Shown here piece after piece: positions 60,503-64,000 of a stretch of DNA of 64,000 nucleotides. Under the pieces are notes generated by a model. It had not been told where the DNA came from and made no database searches. It was given only the letters and a program-made list of their open reading frames with translations. Every line of letters begins with the position of its first letter. Position 1 is the stretch's first letter. A program made the position numbers and the translations under genes. This DNA is from Ignavibacteriota bacterium (GTDB taxonomy: Bacteria; Bacteroidota; Ignavibacteria; UBA10030; UBA6906): positions 832,001-896,000 of the forward strand of contig CAWDEM010000004.1 of assembly GCA_963801355.1 (NCBI GenBank), read 5' to 3'.

Positions 60503-60518
60503 AGTGCCCGGAACAGGA
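60503..60518 (-). repeat. tRNA-Leu 3'-end copy (att site)
   Basis: AGTGCCCGGAACAGGA, identical to 63221-63236. Confidence 0.9.
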
Positions 60519-60800
60519 AATGTCGACTCTGCGAAGCCAATTGGGGATACGGAGGGCTCCTGGTGGATTATCAGGGAGATGCCCTTGGACCCCCCGAAGC
60601 CACGGCGGAAAAGTAACGAAAAAGGTAACGTTACTTTGAGGTGACGTTACTGATATCCTCGCCATCGTTTAGTACCGTTCAGTTTTCGGATTCCCTCCCA
60701 GTCGTAAGGACAAGCGTCCGTCCGACGCATGAACTGAACCAGCAACAGAGGGCTTCGCCGCCCCGGGATGGGTGACGCGGTTCCTCCTTCCTGAAAGACC

Positions 60801-60945
60801 TTGCGTGTACACCTTTGTCGGCGTATATTGCCGGCACAGACTGTTTGGCGCCCAATGGTCCCTTAGCCTCTGGGCCGCCGCTCTGGACCCTGTATCAGTT
60901 CCTCCGCCTTAGAGCCCACCCCGACGACTCGCATGAGGATTCCAT
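60801..60945 (+). promoter_or_regulatory. Island promoter and conserved leader, copy A
   Basis: TTGCGT(60801)-17-TATATT(60824); GGCACAGAC; GGGCCGCCGCTCTGGACCC (60872-60890). Confidence 0.75.
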
Positions 60946-61039
60946 GTGCAGCGGTGCCGCCTGGGGGGCTGACGCCTCGTCGCATGCCTAGATCCCCGAA
61001 GAGCCCCACGGTGCATATCCCTTTTTGGAGGAGGACAGG

Positions 61040-63151
61040 ATGACAAGATCTCTCGTTCACCTCGCGCTCGCTACTCTGCTAGCGTGCTCTTCTGCATCCA
61101 CGCAATGGCTTCAGACGAGCGGCCCTGAGGGCGGAGAGGTAAATTGTTTTGCCGCCAGCGGCGAGTATCTGTTTGCCGGAACCGAGGTCGGTATACTTCT
61201 CTCAACCGACAACGGCACGAGCTGGGTGTACACTGCACTGAGGGGGACGGTTCTGTGCCTTGCCGTCAAACCCAACAGTGCATCGGCAACTTCTCTCTTT
61301 GCCGGGGGTCCTTTTGGAGTGGGTCGCTCCACGGACAACTGGAATAGCTGGGCTCATGCGGATGCCGGTCTGGGAGACAACGGCGTGAGGAGTCTCGCTG
61401 TGAAAGACACCAATATTTTTGCGGGGACGGACAGCGGTGGCGTTTTTCGTTCGAGGGATGAGGGTGCAAGCTGGTTTCCCGTCAATGAAGGCTTGACCAA
61501 TATCTTCGTCAACTCTCTTGCCGTGATCGACAGAGATCTTTATGCTGCAACCGATAGTGGACTATTCCGTTTTTCAGATGACGGCACCAGTTGGGCGTTT
61601 ATTGGACTTGCCGGGAAGATCGTCAATACTGTTGCCGCCATCGACACGAGTCTCTTTGCGGGAACCGAACGTGACGGTCTTTTCCGCTCGACTGATGTTG
61701 GGAGGAACTGGAAGGCGGACACCATTGCCGGCATGGATCCGTCTGTCAGAGCGTTTGCCGTGACCCCTCCGTATCTCTTTGCAGGCACGCCGGGCGGGCT
61801 CTATCGCACACCTGACGGCGGACGATCCTGGTCCCGCTTCGATGCGGGTCTGAGCAATCCAAACGTGAAGGCGTTGTGTATCAAAGGTGTGGTTCTCTTT
61901 GCCGGGACCTATGGTGGAGTCTTTCGTTCAACGGACGGCGGAGAGCACTGGAGCAAAACCAGCGCCGATATGAAGATCGTGTTTGTGGAAGCCCTTGCGA
62001 GCAGGGGTGAAACTCTCTATGCAGGGGGTATTAACGGAGTGTTTCGTTCGACTGACCGCGGTGATAGCTGGTCCGACGTTGTGAGTTGCTGGGCTCGTTC
62101 GCTTGCCATCGAAGGGATGAAGCTCTACTTGGGGACCACGGAACATGTGTTCTACTCATTCGACGACGGTGCCACATGGAACTTTCTCTGGTTGGGCGTG
62201 GCCGAAGGGCTGGTGTATGCCCTTGCCGTCAACGGTACGGAGCTTCTTGCAGGGATGGCGAGGGACGGGGTGCTGCGCATTGGGATTCCCACTCCGGGTG
62301 CCGGGATTGTTACCACGACGGACCTGAAAGATACTGCTGTCTATGCCCTCGCTGTCAGTGGAACGAATCTCTTTGCCGGGACTGAGAGGGGCGTGTTTCG
62401 CTCAACGAATGGCGGAATCAACTGGACTGCCGTCAATAACGGGCTGACGAAATTCGAAGTCCTGGCCCTCGCCGTTCAGGGGTCGCACCTCTTTGCGGGT
62501 ACGAAAGAGGGAGGCATGTTCCTTTCGACAGACGACGGCGGCACTTGGACTCCTGCGGATAGCGGACTCACTGACGCGGATATACTGTCTTTCGCAATCA
62601 GTGGCAACAATCTCTTCGCGGGGACCTGGCAGGGCGGCGTCTTCCTTTCATCGGACAACGGCACGAGCTGGAATGCCGTCAATGACGGTTTAACGAATTC
62701 ATCTGACCAGGTTTCTTCCGTCGTTCATGCCCTGGCAATTGTGGGTACAGATCTGTACGCTGGGACCCGGGGGGCCGGCGTATGGCGACGTCCACTCTCT
62801 GAGATGGTAGTGTCGGTGGAGAATACGCCAACCGAATTGCCCTCATCGTATTCTCTGCACCAGAACTACCCCAACCCCTTCAACCCGAGCACGTCCATCA
62901 CGTACGAGTTGCCTATCAGCGCGGACGTGAGGTTGGCCGTATACGACGTGCTTGGCCGCGAAGTATCAGTTCTTGTGCAGGAAAGGAAGACGGCCGGAAT
63001 ACATAAACTCATGTTTGAAGGAGGAGGCCTCTCCAGCGGAGTTTATCTCTACAGGCTGCAGGTCCGCCCTCTGGACTCCGCCATCGGGCGGGACTCCAAG
63101 AGCGGAGCGGGCGATTTCGTCCAGACGCGAAAGCTTCTCCTTCTGCAATGA
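61040..63151 (+). CDS. Secreted BNR/Asp-box beta-propeller protein with T9SS CTD (with palindromic insert)
   Basis: GGAGGAGG RBS; signal peptide; repeated LFAGT..GVF.STD.G.SW...N.GL; CTD. Confidence 0.88.
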   Translation: MTRSLVHLALATLLACSSASTQWLQTSGPEGGEVNCFAASGEYLFAGTEVGILLSTDNGTSWVYTALRGTVLCLAVKPNSASATSLFAGGPFGVGRSTDNWNSWAHADAGLGDNGVRSLAVKDTNIFAGTDSGGVFRSRDEGASWFPVNEGLTNIFVNSLAVIDRDLYAATDSGLFRFSDDGTSWAFIGLAGKIVNTVAAIDTSLFAGTERDGLFRSTDVGRNWKADTIAGMDPSVRAFAVTPPYLFAGTPGGLYRTPDGGRSWSRFDAGLSNPNVKALCIKGVVLFAGTYGGVFRSTDGGEHWSKTSADMKIVFVEALASRGETLYAGGINGVFRSTDRGDSWSDVVSCWARSLAIEGMKLYLGTTEHVFYSFDDGATWNFLWLGVAEGLVYALAVNGTELLAGMARDGVLRIGIPTPGAGIVTTTDLKDTAVYALAVSGTNLFAGTERGVFRSTNGGINWTAVNNGLTKFEVLALAVQGSHLFAGTKEGGMFLSTDDGGTWTPADSGLTDADILSFAISGNNLFAGTWQGGVFLSSDNGTSWNAVNDGLTNSSDQVSSVVHALAIVGTDLYAGTRGAGVWRRPLSEMVVSVENTPTELPSSYSLHQNYPNPFNPSTSITYELPISADVRLAVYDVLGREVSVLVQERKTAGIHKLMFEGGGLSSGVYLYRLQVRPLDSAIGRDSKSGAGDFVQTRKLLLLQ
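63062..63106 (+). repeat. 45-bp in-frame palindromic CTD insert
   Basis: Encodes VRPLDSAIGRDSKSG between YRLQ and AGDF. Confidence 0.95.
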
Positions 63152-63170
63152 ATGTTACACTGGAAAATGA

Positions 63171-63206
63171 AAGAGCCCCCAATCTCGCTACGAGATGGGG
63201 GCTCTT
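63171..63206. terminator. Hairpin terminator between the convergent cargo gene and tRNA
   Basis: AAGAGCCCCCAATCTCG-loop-CGAGATGGGGGCTCTT. Confidence 0.8.
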
Positions 63207-63222
63207 CTGTATGGTGATCTAG

Positions 63223-63306
63223 TGCCCGGAACAGGACTTGAACCTGCACGACCTCGCGGCCACTAGCTCCTGAAGCTAGCGCGTCTGCCAATTTCGCCAT
63301 CCGGGC
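63223..63306 (-). tRNA. tRNA-Leu (anticodon CAG), CCA not encoded
   Basis: Reverse complement GCCCGGATGGCGAAATTGGCAGACGCGCTAGCTTCAGGAGCTAGTGGCCGCGAGGTCGTGCAGGTTCAAGTCCTGTTCCGGGCA: cloverleaf with a long variable arm. Confidence 0.97.
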
Positions 63307-63578
63307 GTCAAAAATGCATTCTTTTCAGTACCTCGGCTAACCCAAAACCCAAACCGTGACGAACGAATGTGAGGATTTGCAACCGGGGTCAAATACGCTA
63401 ATCGGCTTATGTAGAAATAATGTAAGGAAAAGTCCGGAGAATGCCAAGAGGCAAAAAAACCATCGGGACGGCGTTGTCGCCCGGTCCGCGGTCCTCTATA
63501 ATTGTTTTACAAATTGGTGACAGGAAATTCTTCACATGTGAGTATCTTTCCCACACGGAAACGGGAAAGGGATTAGGA

Positions 63579-64000
63579 ATGAAAACGCACATTCTTGGTT
63601 GTTTGGTTGGTGCGGCCATGTTTTCCGGCTGCTTCTGGGGCCACATTGAGAGATCTCAGACTCTGACCAAAGAAAATGCCACATCTCTTGTGGGGAAAGA
63701 AGCAACGGTCATGCTGACAGACTCCGTCGAGCACGAGGCCAGCATTCTTGAGATCACTGCTGATTCCGTTGTGCTTAGTGTCGCCGACTCTAACTTGCAC
63801 ATTCCCCTGACGAACGTCGAATCCATTCTCATTCAAGGTTCAGATTTAGGCCGTCCCATCGGAGCCTCCGTCGGTACTGTGGCAGTAATGGCCGTGGGCA
63901 TGGCGAACATGAGTTCATCAAACGTGCTTTCGACCCGTACGCATAGGACCGAGGATTGGGTGTGGATTGCCGCTGCACTCCTCGCCACGAACGGCGGCGC
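63579..64000 (+). CDS. Putative lipoprotein, runs off the window
   Basis: MKTHILGCLVGAAMFSGC lipobox; open frame to the window end (absent from the ORF track because it has no stop). Confidence 0.6.
   Translation, partial: MKTHILGCLVGAAMFSGCFWGHIERSQTLTKENATSLVGKEATVMLTDSVEHEASILEITADSVVLSVADSNLHIPLTNVESILIQGSDLGRPIGASVGTVAVMAVGMANMSSSNVLSTRTHRTEDWVWIAAALLATNGG

Larger units (their letters stand above)
53773..60518. mobile_element. Integrated island 2 (HTCS + beta-helix T9SS cargo); no integrase
   Basis: att repeats at both ends; left arm, leader and right end homologous to island 1. Confidence 0.7.
60503..63236. mobile_element. Integrated island 1 (single T9SS cargo gene, about 2.7 kb); no integrase
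   Basis: 16-bp perfect direct repeats, one overlapping the tRNA 3' end. Confidence 0.75.

Noticed and set aside
60315-63236. CTD-tail repeats as a DGR TR/VR pair
   Set aside because: Differences are not confined to adenines and both copies are coding.
44517-63236. Classical integron with attC sites
   Set aside because: No intI and no RYYYAAC...GTTRRRY sites were recognised; the boundaries are tRNA fragments.
63049-63300. 83-aa minus-strand ORF
   Set aside because: It is the tRNA-Leu and terminator read as codons.

Overview
About 64 kb of accessory DNA from a GC-rich bacterium. Two features point to an Ignavibacteria/Chlorobi-like member of the Bacteroidota group (inference): nine T9SS/Por C-terminal sorting domains of the QNYPNPFNP type, and sigma70-like TTGnnn-17-TATATT promoters with Shine-Dalgarno sites. 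The window holds secreted T9SS cargo proteins (S41 peptidase, beta-propellers, beta-helices, CotH, GH5, LamG), three Hanks-type Ser/Thr kinases plus a kinase stub, an RND efflux operon, an atypical purF, a serine hydrolase, a split-HipA toxin-antitoxin module, an IS110 element, hicB with a broken hicA, glycan-processing enzymes, a hybrid two-component system and a minus-strand tRNA-Leu(CAG). The most striking structure is at the right end. The tRNA 3' end recurs at about 60503, 53775 and 44517 and delimits tandem islands with no integrase gene. The two tRNA-proximal islands share both ends (att arm + promoter + conserved leader on the left; CTD tail + terminator + att on the right) but carry unrelated cargo. 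A 45-bp palindrome is inserted in frame at the same site in four CTDs. All assignments come from motifs and alignments read by eye; no searches were run.
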